Positions 56,355-64,000 of a stretch of DNA of 64,000 nucleotides are shown piece after piece; within the stretch, counting starts at the first letter, position 1; each line of letters opens with the position of its first letter. The stretch is taken from positions 65,800 to 129,799 of the forward strand of contig CAZZHR010000002.1 of assembly GCA_964654205.1 (NCBI GenBank), given 5' to 3'. Source of the DNA: an uncultured Candidatus Saccharibacteria bacterium. Its GTDB lineage: Bacteria; Patescibacteriota; Minisyncoccia; Phycocordibacterales; UBA2100. Below the pieces are notes generated by a model. The model worked only from the letters and a program-made list of their open reading frames with translations, had not been told where the DNA came from and made no database searches. Position numbers and translations under genes: made by a program.

Positions 56355-57238
56355 GCCTTCTGTGCCTTTAGTGAATCTATATACTGTTTTACCGTCATCT
56401 GCGGCTTCCAGCCGAATTCCTTTTCCACTCGTGTCGTATCGACGATCGAGTCCATGCGGTTCCCCTTCCGCTCCGGCAGCATGACGATGTTGTCAGTAAA
56501 CATCTTCGCGATATCGAGCACCGTGTGCGATTCAGGACTTCCGAGACCGTACTCATCGCCCTGCCCTTTCTCCCCCACATCGACGAGGCCGCGCGCGATG
56601 TCGCCGGCAAAGGTAAAGTTGCGCTTCTGCGTACCAGGTGAGACCACGGTGATGGGCTCGCCTTTCCAGTACTGCGTCTTGAAACGTCCGATGACGCTCG
56701 CATACGGGCCTTCCGCGAGCTCTTGTTTTCCGTACGCATTGTAGAAATACGTGATGGCGTACGGCATGCTGAACCATGTGCCGTAGTTGCGCACGAGTTC
56801 GGTATTGCTCGCCTTCATCCACGCGTAGGGCGATTGGTCGCGCCCCATGCCGCCATCTGAGAACTTGGTCGACGAACCGGCATACACGATTTTGCACTTC
56901 TGGCCAGATAGATTGCGCTTGCGCCAATACTCGAAGACGCGGAACGTGCCGTGGACGTTGCTCTCCCACACGAGCGGCAAGTCGTCGAAGCTTTGTTCGA
57001 CGCGCGAGTACTCGCCGAGATGGAAAATGATAGCGGGGTTTTCTTTGCCGAGAAGCTGTTCGATGTCTTTCGTATGTCCCTCTACGTACTCCGCTCCCGC
57101 GAAATGATTGTCCTTGCTGCCGATGAAGTAATTGTCGAGCGATACCACCCGATACCCCTTTTCGAGGAGCATCTCGATAAGGTGTGAACCAATCAGACCG
57201 GCGCCACCTGTCACAATGACCGTTTTTTTCTCACTCAT
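56351..57238 (-). CDS. NAD-dependent epimerase/dehydratase (SDR; UDP-glucuronate decarboxylase / 4-epimerase-like)
   Basis: VIVTGGAGLIGSHLIEML and YAWMKASNTEL (YxxxK). Confidence 0.75.
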   Translation of the reverse strand: MSEKKTVIVTGGAGLIGSHLIEMLLEKGYRVVSLDNYFIGSKDNHFAGAEYVEGHTKDIEQLLGKENPAIIFHLGEYSRVEQSFDDLPLVWESNVHGTFRVFEYWRKRNLSGQKCKIVYAGSSTKFSDGGMGRDQSPYAWMKASNTELVRNYGTWFSMPYAITYFYNAYGKQELAEGPYASVIGRFKTQYWKGEPITVVSPGTQKRNFTFAGDIARGLVDVGEKGQGDEYGLGSPESHTVLDIAKMFTDNIVMLPERKGNRMDSIVDTTRVEKEFGWKPQMTVKQYIDSLKAQKA

Positions 57239-57272
57239 GTGTTGAAGCGTACAGTGTGTCGTTACAAAAGCA

Positions 57273-57300
57273 AAGTCGCCGTTTTCTCAAACGGCGACTT
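57273..57300 (-). terminator. Rho-independent terminator (minus strand): aagtcgccgttt-tctc-aaacggcgactt then TTGCTTTTGT
   Basis: Perfect 12-bp stem with a T-rich tail on the minus strand, after the stop of the 57371..57868 gene. Confidence 0.55.
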
Positions 57301-57370
57301 GTAACATGTGTCGTTCACTGGCCGCGGAGCTTGCGAATCTCGTCGGAAGTAAGCCCGAGGTCGCTCGGCG

Positions 57371-57868
57371 TCACCACGCCGCTCGCGAGCACATCGTTGC
57401 GTAGGTGGTCGAGCGCATGATCGGGCTCGGCCCAGACTCGCTCGCGGTGATGCGAACGAACTCCATAGCATGCGCAATCACCGCTGCGCGAAAATACGCG
57501 TCCACGACCTGCTTGGGCATGCCGATGTCAGCGTAGCTCAGGCCTTTCCGCAGTAGATCGTCGAGTTCGCGCCGCCCATGATGCGGATATTCGCCCGGAA
57601 GGGTCTGCCACCGATAGATGCAGTAGCGTACGCTGAAGATGTTCGCGCGCTTGCGAGCGCTCTTCAGCATCGTCTGCGTCACCCTGGTGCCGTCACCGAG
57701 GGTTACGACATGACCGTCCTCGATGAGCCGCGAGAAATCTTCGATGAAGTCGGGCATCTTCAGTGTAAACCAGTTCGACCTCTCCGTTGGCCAGAACCCT
57801 TCGCCGGTCGAAAGGAGCTCTTCGAGCTCTTTCGTGTTGTGTCGTGGTCGCAGTTTGGTGACGCTCAT
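57371..57868 (-). CDS. Hypothetical protein (165 aa), no recognised domain
   Basis: Clean ORF with its own terminator. The composition matches its neighbours. Confidence 0.45.
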   Translation of the reverse strand: MSVTKLRPRHNTKELEELLSTGEGFWPTERSNWFTLKMPDFIEDFSRLIEDGHVVTLGDGTRVTQTMLKSARKRANIFSVRYCIYRWQTLPGEYPHHGRRELDDLLRKGLSYADIGMPKQVVDAYFRAAVIAHAMEFVRITASESGPSPIMRSTTYATMCSRAAW

Positions 57869-57927
57869 CTGCGCCTCCCGGTTGCCAATACTCCTACCAT
57901 TATACCACGAATGCCAGACTCAAGCAA

Positions 57928-59136
57928 CTACACCGTATCCTCAACGATGCCCCACTCGCCCTGCCGCTTCCGGCGCACCGCCATCACAGCGCCACCAGTG
58001 AGGAGCGCGAGTGCGACGGGAGCAAACCACCACATGCTCATGCCGAACGATGCGCTTGCGGCAGCGACGGTAGGACGCACCACATCCGTGGCCGATTCTG
58101 GTACCACCTCCACCGCTTCAGTTTCCTCGTCGGGGGCAGCGGGAGAGAGTTGCACGGACGCGCGAGATGCGGGCTTAGGCGCTACACTCGACTGCACCGC
58201 TTGGAATTCGCTCGGCGAGGGCGCTGACGCTGGCGCACTCTGTGTGGGCGCATCACCCGCTTTCATCGCGAGTACGCCGTTGGGGTACGCGAGCTCCGCC
58301 TCCGCTCCTGCAAAAAAGCCGAGTGTTTTCGGAGATACCCGCATCGACGAGCCGGCAAGAATGAAGGAGTTGTCGGGCAGAAGAAATTCGCGCATGAATG
58401 CGCGAATAATCCATGAGGATAGGTCGAGATCTCGATCTGCATGGTTCTCGATTATCACGCTTCCGTCGGACTCAGCGCGAAACGCCAGCCGCGCTGGTTC
58501 TGCTGTGACGACGATACGGTCGCTTGCGGACTCAATGTCCTTAGCAACGGAGAGCACGACGACGTATTTCCCAGGGTACTCATAGTGGTGCGTCACGGTC
58601 GCACCTTCTGCCGTACCCCCATCGCCGAAGTTCCAGTTGAACCGCACATTGTCGAGGGGCTCCTTCTTCTTATTGTAGGCGCGTGCGCGATACGTCGTGT
58701 GCGCACCGACGATGACGACTCTGTCCTCGCCCGCGTCGACGAAGACTGAGGGGTCTGGCGGCGCTACGTATGACGAGACGGGTGCAATCTGCTGTGTCGT
58801 CGCTGTGGTCTGGGTATTCGTCGACTGAGTAGTGGTCGTGCTGGTGTCGGTTCCCGATGTTGTCTGTGCTTGTGATGATCCTCCTGGAGCTTCGCCGACG
58901 GTGATGAGATGTTTAAAATTGTCGAAAGTCGACGGTCCGATGCCATTGACATTGATGATGTCCTCAATTGTCGCGAAGGGGCCGTTCGTCGTCCTGTAAT
59001 CGATTATTCTCTGGGCCAAGGTAGGCCCAATGCCCGGGAGAGTATCGAGCGTTGCGAGGTCCGCCGTGTTGATATTGATGAGCGCATGCGCCGGGAGCGG
59101 CGCAAGAAGCAATATGAGTGCGACAAGCCATCGCAT
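57928..59136 (-). CDS. Surface DNA-binding protein: signal peptide + ComEA-type helix-hairpin-helix domain + S/T-rich linker + PKD domain + lamin-tail (LTD)-like domain + C-terminal TM anchor
   Basis: ININTADLATLDTLPGIGPTLAQRIIDYRTTNGPFATIEDIINVNGIGPSTF is a ComEA HhH signature. FNWNFGDGGTAEGATVTHHYEYPGKYVVVLSV is a PKD signature. VIIENHADRDLDLSSWII is LTD-like. C-terminal WWFAPVALALLTGGAVMAVRRKRQ is the anchor. Confidence 0.7.
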   Translation of the reverse strand: MRWLVALILLLAPLPAHALININTADLATLDTLPGIGPTLAQRIIDYRTTNGPFATIEDIINVNGIGPSTFDNFKHLITVGEAPGGSSQAQTTSGTDTSTTTTQSTNTQTTATTQQIAPVSSYVAPPDPSVFVDAGEDRVVIVGAHTTYRARAYNKKKEPLDNVRFNWNFGDGGTAEGATVTHHYEYPGKYVVVLSVAKDIESASDRIVVTAEPARLAFRAESDGSVIIENHADRDLDLSSWIIRAFMREFLLPDNSFILAGSSMRVSPKTLGFFAGAEAELAYPNGVLAMKAGDAPTQSAPASAPSPSEFQAVQSSVAPKPASRASVQLSPAAPDEETEAVEVVPESATDVVRPTVAAASASFGMSMWWFAPVALALLTGGAVMAVRRKRQGEWGIVEDTV

Positions 59137-59198
59137 GCACGGTATTATGCGACACGAATCAATGAGAGAGTGTTTGACTATTGAATCGCTGTGGATTC

Positions 59199-61079
59199 TC
59201 AGTTAACACCCTTGTCCTTTGTATCGCCGCCGTTGACGACGCGCTGGAGCACTTGGTTGGATACTTCAGGATTCGCTTGTGACCGCTCCCCGGCGTGATT
59301 CTGTTGCATCTCTGTAGGCTTTTGATGCGGCGTCGCATGGCGAGGACCGCCCTGAGACTTATCAAAGCGTTGCTCACCCCGGCCATGATTGTGGTGCGGC
59401 TGGTGGTCGCGCGACTGCTGTTTATGCGCCTGCTTATCGCGCAATAGCTCGAGCGGCGAGCGAGCGGGTGCTTGAGCTGATGAAATACCCTCGGCACGTG
59501 CCTTTTCTATCGCGTCGCGAAGAGAGTTCCGTCCCGCCTCGGCGCGAGGTTGGGTTGTCACCTGCTCGCGCCGCGGCTCCACCCTGGCAATGGTCGGCTG
59601 CAGTACGGGCGCAGGCGCAGGTGACGGGCGCGACTCGCGCAATCTCTCTGCCGGAGAGATGCTCGGGGGAGGTGTAAAGCCACCATTCGGCCGATAGTCG
59701 CGCCGTTCTTTTTTTTCTTTTGGCGGCGGGATGAACTCTTCTTGCTTAGATTTTATGAGCTCCTCTATCTTCGCCCTTGGTACGCCGAAGGCGTGTCGCG
59801 ACGACATGATGACATCGTCGCGGTATGTGATGTTGGGCGGCTCAATAGGCGGTATGGTCTCTGCCGAAAAGGGCGGCGAACCCACACCATCTATCATGAG
59901 CGTGAGGTAAATCTGCCCGAGGCCGAGATTCACGAGGTCCTCCGGTTCGAACGTGGGCTGGAAGACAGTCTCGAGAACTTCCGCGTCGAATGGACCCACC
60001 CGGAAGACAATGAGCGTGCCGACGTTGCCGAAGACCGCGTCGCGGACTTCCTCTTCCATCTGCTCGATGTACTGGTTGGCCAGCGTGAGCGCGAGCTTGT
60101 ACTTGCGGGATTCTGAGAGAATATCGGCGAATGCCTCGTTCATCATCGACTGGAATTCGTCGACATAAAAGTAGAAGCGAGGCAGTTTCGCAAGACGCAT
60201 CGGCGGTTCGTCTGCACGCGACATCGCAGCAAGGTAAATCTTGACGGTGAGCGCCGAGCCGAGGAGAGAGGCGTTCGTCTCGCCCATGCGTCCTTTTGAG
60301 AGATTGACGATGAAGATTTTCTTCTCATCCATCACTTTGCGCAAATCGAAGGAAGATTTTGCCTGGCCTACAATGTTGCGAATGAGAGGGTTTGAGACGA
60401 ATTGGCCGATTTTGTTCTGGATTGCCGGCAGAGCTTCGCGTGTGTATGTGTCGGTAAAATTCGCAAATTCCTCCACCCAGAACGCTTTGACGATAGGGTC
60501 TGAAACCTTTTCAAGCACCGCATTGCGATACGTTTTGTTGATGAGCATGCGGTTCACGTCGAGCAGCGTCGAGCCTGGATACTCGAGGAGTGCGAGCAGA
60601 GTGTTTTGCAAGATATACTCCATGCGGGCGCTCCACGCGTCCACCCAGATGCGTTTGAGTGCCCCCATGAGACCGGAGACGACGAGGTGCCGCTTGTCAT
60701 ACCCCACGTCCTCCATCACGTTGAATCCAAGGGGGTATTCGGTATCAAACGGCGCGAAGTAGATGACATCACTGATACGCTCCTGCGGGATGAAATCGAG
60801 GAGCTTTTCGGCGGTCGAGCCGTGGGGGTCGATAAAGGCGATGCCTTCCCCATTTTGAATATCCTGAATCGCCATGTTCTCGAGCATGGTCGATTTGCCC
60901 ATGCCGGTCTTGCCGATAACATAGATATGCTTTCCGCGGTCTATCGCGCGGATACCGAACATTTCCCTCTTTCCCCGCGTGTGCGTCGATGCGAAGTAGG
61001 TGATTCGCCTATCGTCGTCGAACTGGTCAGGGTGGGGCTTGTGCTCGCCTGAAGCGTGACTGTCGTGGTGCTCAGACAT
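59199..61079 (-). CDS. TraD/VirD4/TraG-like P-loop ATPase (type IV secretion coupling-protein family) lacking TM segments, with a long disordered basic Q/P/R-rich C-terminus
   Basis: Walker A YVIGKTGMGKSTML. Walker-B-like FYFYVDEFQSM. Internal region typical of TrwB/TraD AAA-like domains. The last ~170 aa are low-complexity. Confidence 0.6.
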   Translation of the reverse strand: MSEHHDSHASGEHKPHPDQFDDDRRITYFASTHTRGKREMFGIRAIDRGKHIYVIGKTGMGKSTMLENMAIQDIQNGEGIAFIDPHGSTAEKLLDFIPQERISDVIYFAPFDTEYPLGFNVMEDVGYDKRHLVVSGLMGALKRIWVDAWSARMEYILQNTLLALLEYPGSTLLDVNRMLINKTYRNAVLEKVSDPIVKAFWVEEFANFTDTYTREALPAIQNKIGQFVSNPLIRNIVGQAKSSFDLRKVMDEKKIFIVNLSKGRMGETNASLLGSALTVKIYLAAMSRADEPPMRLAKLPRFYFYVDEFQSMMNEAFADILSESRKYKLALTLANQYIEQMEEEVRDAVFGNVGTLIVFRVGPFDAEVLETVFQPTFEPEDLVNLGLGQIYLTLMIDGVGSPPFSAETIPPIEPPNITYRDDVIMSSRHAFGVPRAKIEELIKSKQEEFIPPPKEKKERRDYRPNGGFTPPPSISPAERLRESRPSPAPAPVLQPTIARVEPRREQVTTQPRAEAGRNSLRDAIEKARAEGISSAQAPARSPLELLRDKQAHKQQSRDHQPHHNHGRGEQRFDKSQGGPRHATPHQKPTEMQQNHAGERSQANPEVSNQVLQRVVNGGDTKDKGVN

Positions 61080-61087
61080 ACGGGAAG

Positions 61088-61194
61088 TATACCCCGTGAG
61101 ATAGGCGCTCCTCCGGTCTTTAATGCAAATTGGAGCAAAGCAGGATCGACCATGTTTCTAGGCTCACCCCGCACGCATATCTCACGGGGTATAC
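61088..61194. repeat. Perfect 16-bp inverted repeat GTATACCCCGTGAGAT (61088-61103) / ATCTCACGGGGTATAC (61179-61194) separated by 75 bp; the left arm overlaps the -10 (TATACT) of the TraD-like gene
   Basis: Read directly from the sequence. On the minus strand GGTATACT-tcccgtt-ATG gives a leaderless-type promoter inside the left arm. Confidence 0.65.
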
Positions 61195-61220
61195 CAAGAA
61201 GCGTCCCTCAGGGACGCTTC

Positions 61221-62489
61221 TTATTGCGCCGAGAGCGCCTGTTTCAAGCTGCTGTATCGATTCGCGGGATCCCAGAAGTACCACGAGGTGAGCCCTGCGT
61301 CGTACGTTGCGCGTGTCTGGTCGAGGATGTCTTGCGCGGTATACGTCTTGCCGTAATTAAAATCCTGCAGCCACGGGCGCAGCATCTTGGGGTCATACAC
61401 CGGTTTCTCGTACACTGCCGGCGTCGACGTGCCGATACGCGTAAAGGCGAGCGACGGGACGGTCGTCGTGGGCGCTTTGAGTCGCCGCACCGCTTCGGCC
61501 ATGGATTGGTACACGACTTTGTACGGGTCACTGTTCGGGTCACTCAGTCCTGCAAAGCCCTTGTTGTAGTGCGATGGGTACACCATGGGCGCGATGTAGT
61601 CGAAATATGGAAGCGCGCGCTCGAGCTGTTGGCCGATACCGAGGTCGTCGGTGAGCACGGTCGTGTAGCCAAAGAGGTCTGCGCTCATGACCGGCACGTG
61701 GCCGCCGTGGTGCGCCGTATCAAATCCCTTTACTTGCTTGTGGAGATACGAGAAGAATTTCTCCAGCTCGCCTGCCCGGTCTGTCGAGGGATAGACGATG
61801 TCGCTCATGACGCCGTCGGATGGCCAACGGACGTAATCGTAATTCAGTTCGTCGAAGCCGAGCTCGTAGCTCTCTCGGCTAAGCTCCACAATGTAGTCCC
61901 AGTGCGGCTCCGAATTGACCGCGATAAATGAGAGGCCCTTGTGGTCTTTCCATGGCTCACCGGGCCGCGCCTTCGACTGCACCGCTCGCTCAGGATGCAC
62001 CTTCGACATGAAGGGGTCTTGGAACACCGTGATGCGTCCTATCACGTAGATTCCTTTTTCATGGAGCGTCGCGATGAACTCGCGCATATCGCCCGCTCCG
62101 CACTTGGCGGCATCCCACGCTGGTTTCAATTCCTCACTCTCGGGCTTGAACGCGATGGTACCTGAGTAATCTTTTATATCGATAACGACCGCGTTGAGCT
62201 TCGTCGAGTCCAAGAGTTCTACAAGGGTGTTGCGGAGCGAGGGCGTCCCCACGGCGCACTGCGTCATGTATATCGCGTACATGGGCTCCGGCGCGGCCAC
62301 GTGACTTACGCGCGCCTTCGGAGCCTCGGGAATCACCACCTTCGGCGTACTGGTCGCACCAGCGCGGATAAATTCTGCCGACGGATTAGAGAGAGAAATG
62401 AACACGCCCGCCGCAACGACGGCGGGTGCCGCGATGCCGAGGAAAACGACGCCTATCCTCGACGCGCTCGTTCGTTTAGAGCTGGACAT
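61221..62489 (-). CDS. Putative glycoside hydrolase, DUF4015-like, with N-terminal signal-anchor
   Basis: LNAVVIDIKDYSGTIAFKP and GIYVIGRITVFQDP resemble the DUF4015 putative-glycosidase TIM-barrel core. TM is IGVVFLGIAAPAVVAAGVFISL. The start could be 62489 or 62543. Confidence 0.55.
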   Translation of the reverse strand: MSSSKRTSASRIGVVFLGIAAPAVVAAGVFISLSNPSAEFIRAGATSTPKVVIPEAPKARVSHVAAPEPMYAIYMTQCAVGTPSLRNTLVELLDSTKLNAVVIDIKDYSGTIAFKPESEELKPAWDAAKCGAGDMREFIATLHEKGIYVIGRITVFQDPFMSKVHPERAVQSKARPGEPWKDHKGLSFIAVNSEPHWDYIVELSRESYELGFDELNYDYVRWPSDGVMSDIVYPSTDRAGELEKFFSYLHKQVKGFDTAHHGGHVPVMSADLFGYTTVLTDDLGIGQQLERALPYFDYIAPMVYPSHYNKGFAGLSDPNSDPYKVVYQSMAEAVRRLKAPTTTVPSLAFTRIGTSTPAVYEKPVYDPKMLRPWLQDFNYGKTYTAQDILDQTRATYDAGLTSWYFWDPANRYSSLKQALSAQ

Positions 62490-62724
62490 GCTCGTGACGC
62501 GGTTGCGAGACGTTCTCGGTTTCTGGTCGGCGCGGATTCTCAATGTGGCCGTACCTCCTGCGCACTACGATGCCGAGCGCGATGACGAAAACGCCAACAG
62601 CAAAGAAAATCCACGTGTCCCAGGTGTTGGGAAAGCCCAAAAAAGGAAGTGCTGCGACGAGGACGCCGGAGAGCATGATGAGCGCATCGAGTGTCATGTG
62701 GCCTAGTATATAGCCACGCGGCAT
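62476..62724 (-). CDS. Small two-TM membrane protein (82 aa), hypothetical
   Basis: LDALIMLSGVLVAALPFLGF and IFFAVGVFVIALGIVV hydrophobic helices. Immediately upstream of the glycosidase gene. Confidence 0.35.
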   Translation of the reverse strand: MPRGYILGHMTLDALIMLSGVLVAALPFLGFPNTWDTWIFFAVGVFVIALGIVVRRRYGHIENPRRPETENVSQPRHEHVQL

Positions 62725-62771
62725 ACGCTCCTAGTGCACAAACATCTTTATAGTCCTGTGTACCCCTCCCT

Positions 62772-62816
62772 CCCATGAGTGACCTCGTAGGTCACTCATG
62801 GGAGGTCACTCATGGG
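62772..62816. repeat. Inverted repeat CCCATGAGTGACC-tcgta-GGTCACTCATGGG followed by a second direct copy of the right arm (GGTCACTCATGGG)
   Basis: 13-bp perfect stem with a 5-nt loop at 62772-62802. Arm duplicated at 62804-62816. Lies directly downstream of the rsmI stop. Confidence 0.65.
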
Positions 62817-62823
62817 TGCGCTT

Positions 62824-63549
62824 TTATGCCGAGGACTGCGGCTCGATGATGACGACAAATTCTCCCCGCTCGGCCTTGCGCTTCTTCAGGTCTGCGGCGA
62901 GTTCTTTCGGCGTACCAGAGAGCATTTCTTCATGGAGTTTCGTGAGCTCGCGACCGATGTGCACTTTGCGAACTTTTACCACCTCAAGCTCCGAGAGGAG
63001 CTTCTGAATGCGGTGAGGCGACTCGAAAAGTACGACCGGGATGCCGCCCTGTGGTGAGCCTGGTCGAACCATCGCGGCGACTCTTTTTACAAATGTCTGA
63101 CGTCCTTTTTTGTGCGGCGCGAATCCAAGGAATGCGAACTCCGGCGACGCAAGCCCTGCAATCGAGAGCGCCGCGGTGAGCGAGCTTGGCCCTGGGATTG
63201 CGTCGACGAGTCCGCCGCCCTCGCGCACAAGTGCGACGAGGCGCGCGCCGGGGTCGGATATGCCCGGCGTCCCCGCGTCCGACACGTAGACCACATGCTC
63301 ACCGCTGAGCACGCGCTCGAGCACTTCTTTCGACTTCTTGCCCTCCATCGCCGCATCGAGTCGCTGGAGCGATTTTCTGATGCCATAGTGTGCGAGCAAC
63401 TTCGACACGACACGCGTGTCTTCTGCGTAGATAACACTGCACTCTTTCAAGTTCCACAGCGCCCGGAATGTGATATCGCCCATGTTGCCGATGGGCGTGG
63501 CGACGATAGAGAGTTTCCCCTGCTCGGTCTCCCTTGAGACTTCGTTCAT
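62824..63549 (-). CDS. rsmI: 16S rRNA (cytidine1402-2'-O)-methyltransferase RsmI (tetrapyrrole-methylase fold)
   Basis: LSIVATPIGNMGDITFRALWNLKECSVIYAEDTR matches the RsmI N-terminal signature. 241 aa. Confidence 0.8.
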   Translation of the reverse strand: MNEVSRETEQGKLSIVATPIGNMGDITFRALWNLKECSVIYAEDTRVVSKLLAHYGIRKSLQRLDAAMEGKKSKEVLERVLSGEHVVYVSDAGTPGISDPGARLVALVREGGGLVDAIPGPSSLTAALSIAGLASPEFAFLGFAPHKKGRQTFVKRVAAMVRPGSPQGGIPVVLFESPHRIQKLLSELEVVKVRKVHIGRELTKLHEEMLSGTPKELAADLKKRKAERGEFVVIIEPQSSA

Positions 63550-63581
63550 ACGCAGACCCTACCACTGATACAAAAAAGAGA

Positions 63582-63611
63582 GAAGCCGCGGCGCTTTCGC
63601 GCCGCGGCTTC
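63582..63611 (-). terminator. Rho-independent terminator (minus strand): gaagccgcggcgc-tttc-gcgccgcggcttc then TCTCTTTTTTGT
   Basis: 13-bp GC stem with a canonical T tract on the minus strand, right after the stop of the small basic ORF. Confidence 0.65.
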
Positions 63612-63629
63612 GAGACGATGCCGTGATTG

Positions 63630-63872
63630 TTACTTTTTGCCCGGCGTTCCGAGCAGAAGCTCACCGTACTCGACGAGCTTGCGCCGATTTCGCGGCGTCA
63701 GGCCGTCATAGATGACCTGGACTCTCGACGGGGCGTGGTTCTCATGGCACTGCTTGAGCTGCCGCTTCGCGAGCCCAAGTGCGCTTTCAAGCGCGTAGAC
63801 CGCTTTTGAGGCGGAGCGGTCGAGCCCACGGAACCGGTGGGTCACCCTGCGGGTGATTTTTTTCCTTGGCAT
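63630..63872 (-). CDS. Small basic protein (~80 aa, MPRKKITRRVTHRFRGLDRSASKAVYALESALGLAKRQL...), hypothetical
   Basis: Start at MPRKK. The listed ORF extends to 63929. Arg/Lys-rich and helical. Followed by a strong terminator. No family recognised with confidence. Confidence 0.4.
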   Translation of the reverse strand: MPRKKITRRVTHRFRGLDRSASKAVYALESALGLAKRQLKQCHENHAPSRVQVIYDGLTPRNRRKLVEYGELLLGTPGKK

Positions 63873-64000
63873 TTCAACGTTCTCCTCGCTTCCAGCCCCT
63901 ATGGCCGGTATGTTTGTATTATAGCACACCTTGCGGATAATGCAAGTTCGCCCTATTCCTTGCCTTCGTTCTTAGAAATATGCGCAACGAGCGGTGGAAT

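Noticed and set aside
57262-57477. 71-aa minus-strand ORF overlapping the 3-prime end of the 57371..57868 gene in another frame
   Set aside because: Arg/Ala-rich low-complexity translation. More likely a shadow frame than a frameshifted continuation.
61056-61931. 291-aa plus-strand ORF
   Set aside because: Antisense to the DUF4015-like glycosidase gene. Arg-rich shadow frame.
1-64000. tRNA/rRNA genes
   Set aside because: Scanned intergenic regions for GGTTCGA(A/T)TCC-type T-loop motifs and rRNA-like conserved blocks. None seen. An Infernal/tRNAscan run would be needed to be certain.

Overview
64 kb of moderately high-GC bacterial DNA with no rRNA, tRNA or CRISPR visible by eye. Gene content suggests a Patescibacteria/CPR-like or similarly reduced lineage. 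The evidence is a split transketolase, a non-oxidative pentose-phosphate operon without complete glycolysis, a 23S-IVS-type four-helix-bundle protein, a SecA lacking the C-terminal zinc finger, and several giant surface proteins. That assignment is an inference from gene content only. Gene layout, left to right. (i) A PfkB sugar kinase and a SleB-like cell-wall hydrolase sit on the + strand. (ii) A long minus-strand array follows: split tkt, rpe, a type IV pilin, rpiB, gap, secreted hypotheticals, a four-helix-bundle protein, signal peptidase I, and a 1375-aa LamG/SPRY/repeat surface protein. (iii) A REP-associated tyrosine transposase (RAYT) has its cognate palindromic REP copies embedded in its own ORF and in the start region of the neighbouring giant gene. 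(iv) A 2145-aa fibre-like giant protein has a cytoplasmic excisionase-type HTH N-terminus, and a smaller sibling sits next to it. (v) gatB and secA. (vi) A roughly 28-kb cell-envelope glycan island (28.6-57.2 kb) carries an ArnC/ArnE/ArnT-like lipid-linked sugar module, a Wzx flippase, an O-antigen-ligase/TPR protein, nine GT4-type domains, four SDR epimerases or dehydratases, a DegT aminotransferase, a formyltransferase, a B12-radical-SAM enzyme, two methyltransferases, and two unusual fusions. (vii) A ComEA-HhH/PKD/lamin-tail surface protein lies next to a soluble TraD/VirD4-like ATPase. (viii) A DUF4015-like glycosidase and rsmI close the window. Many genes have an extended -10 box only 6-8 nt upstream of the ATG, which points to leaderless mRNAs. 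All domain calls come from motif recognition by eye; no searches were run. Start codons of minus-strand genes were re-derived where the six-frame ORF carried an obvious N-terminal extension.
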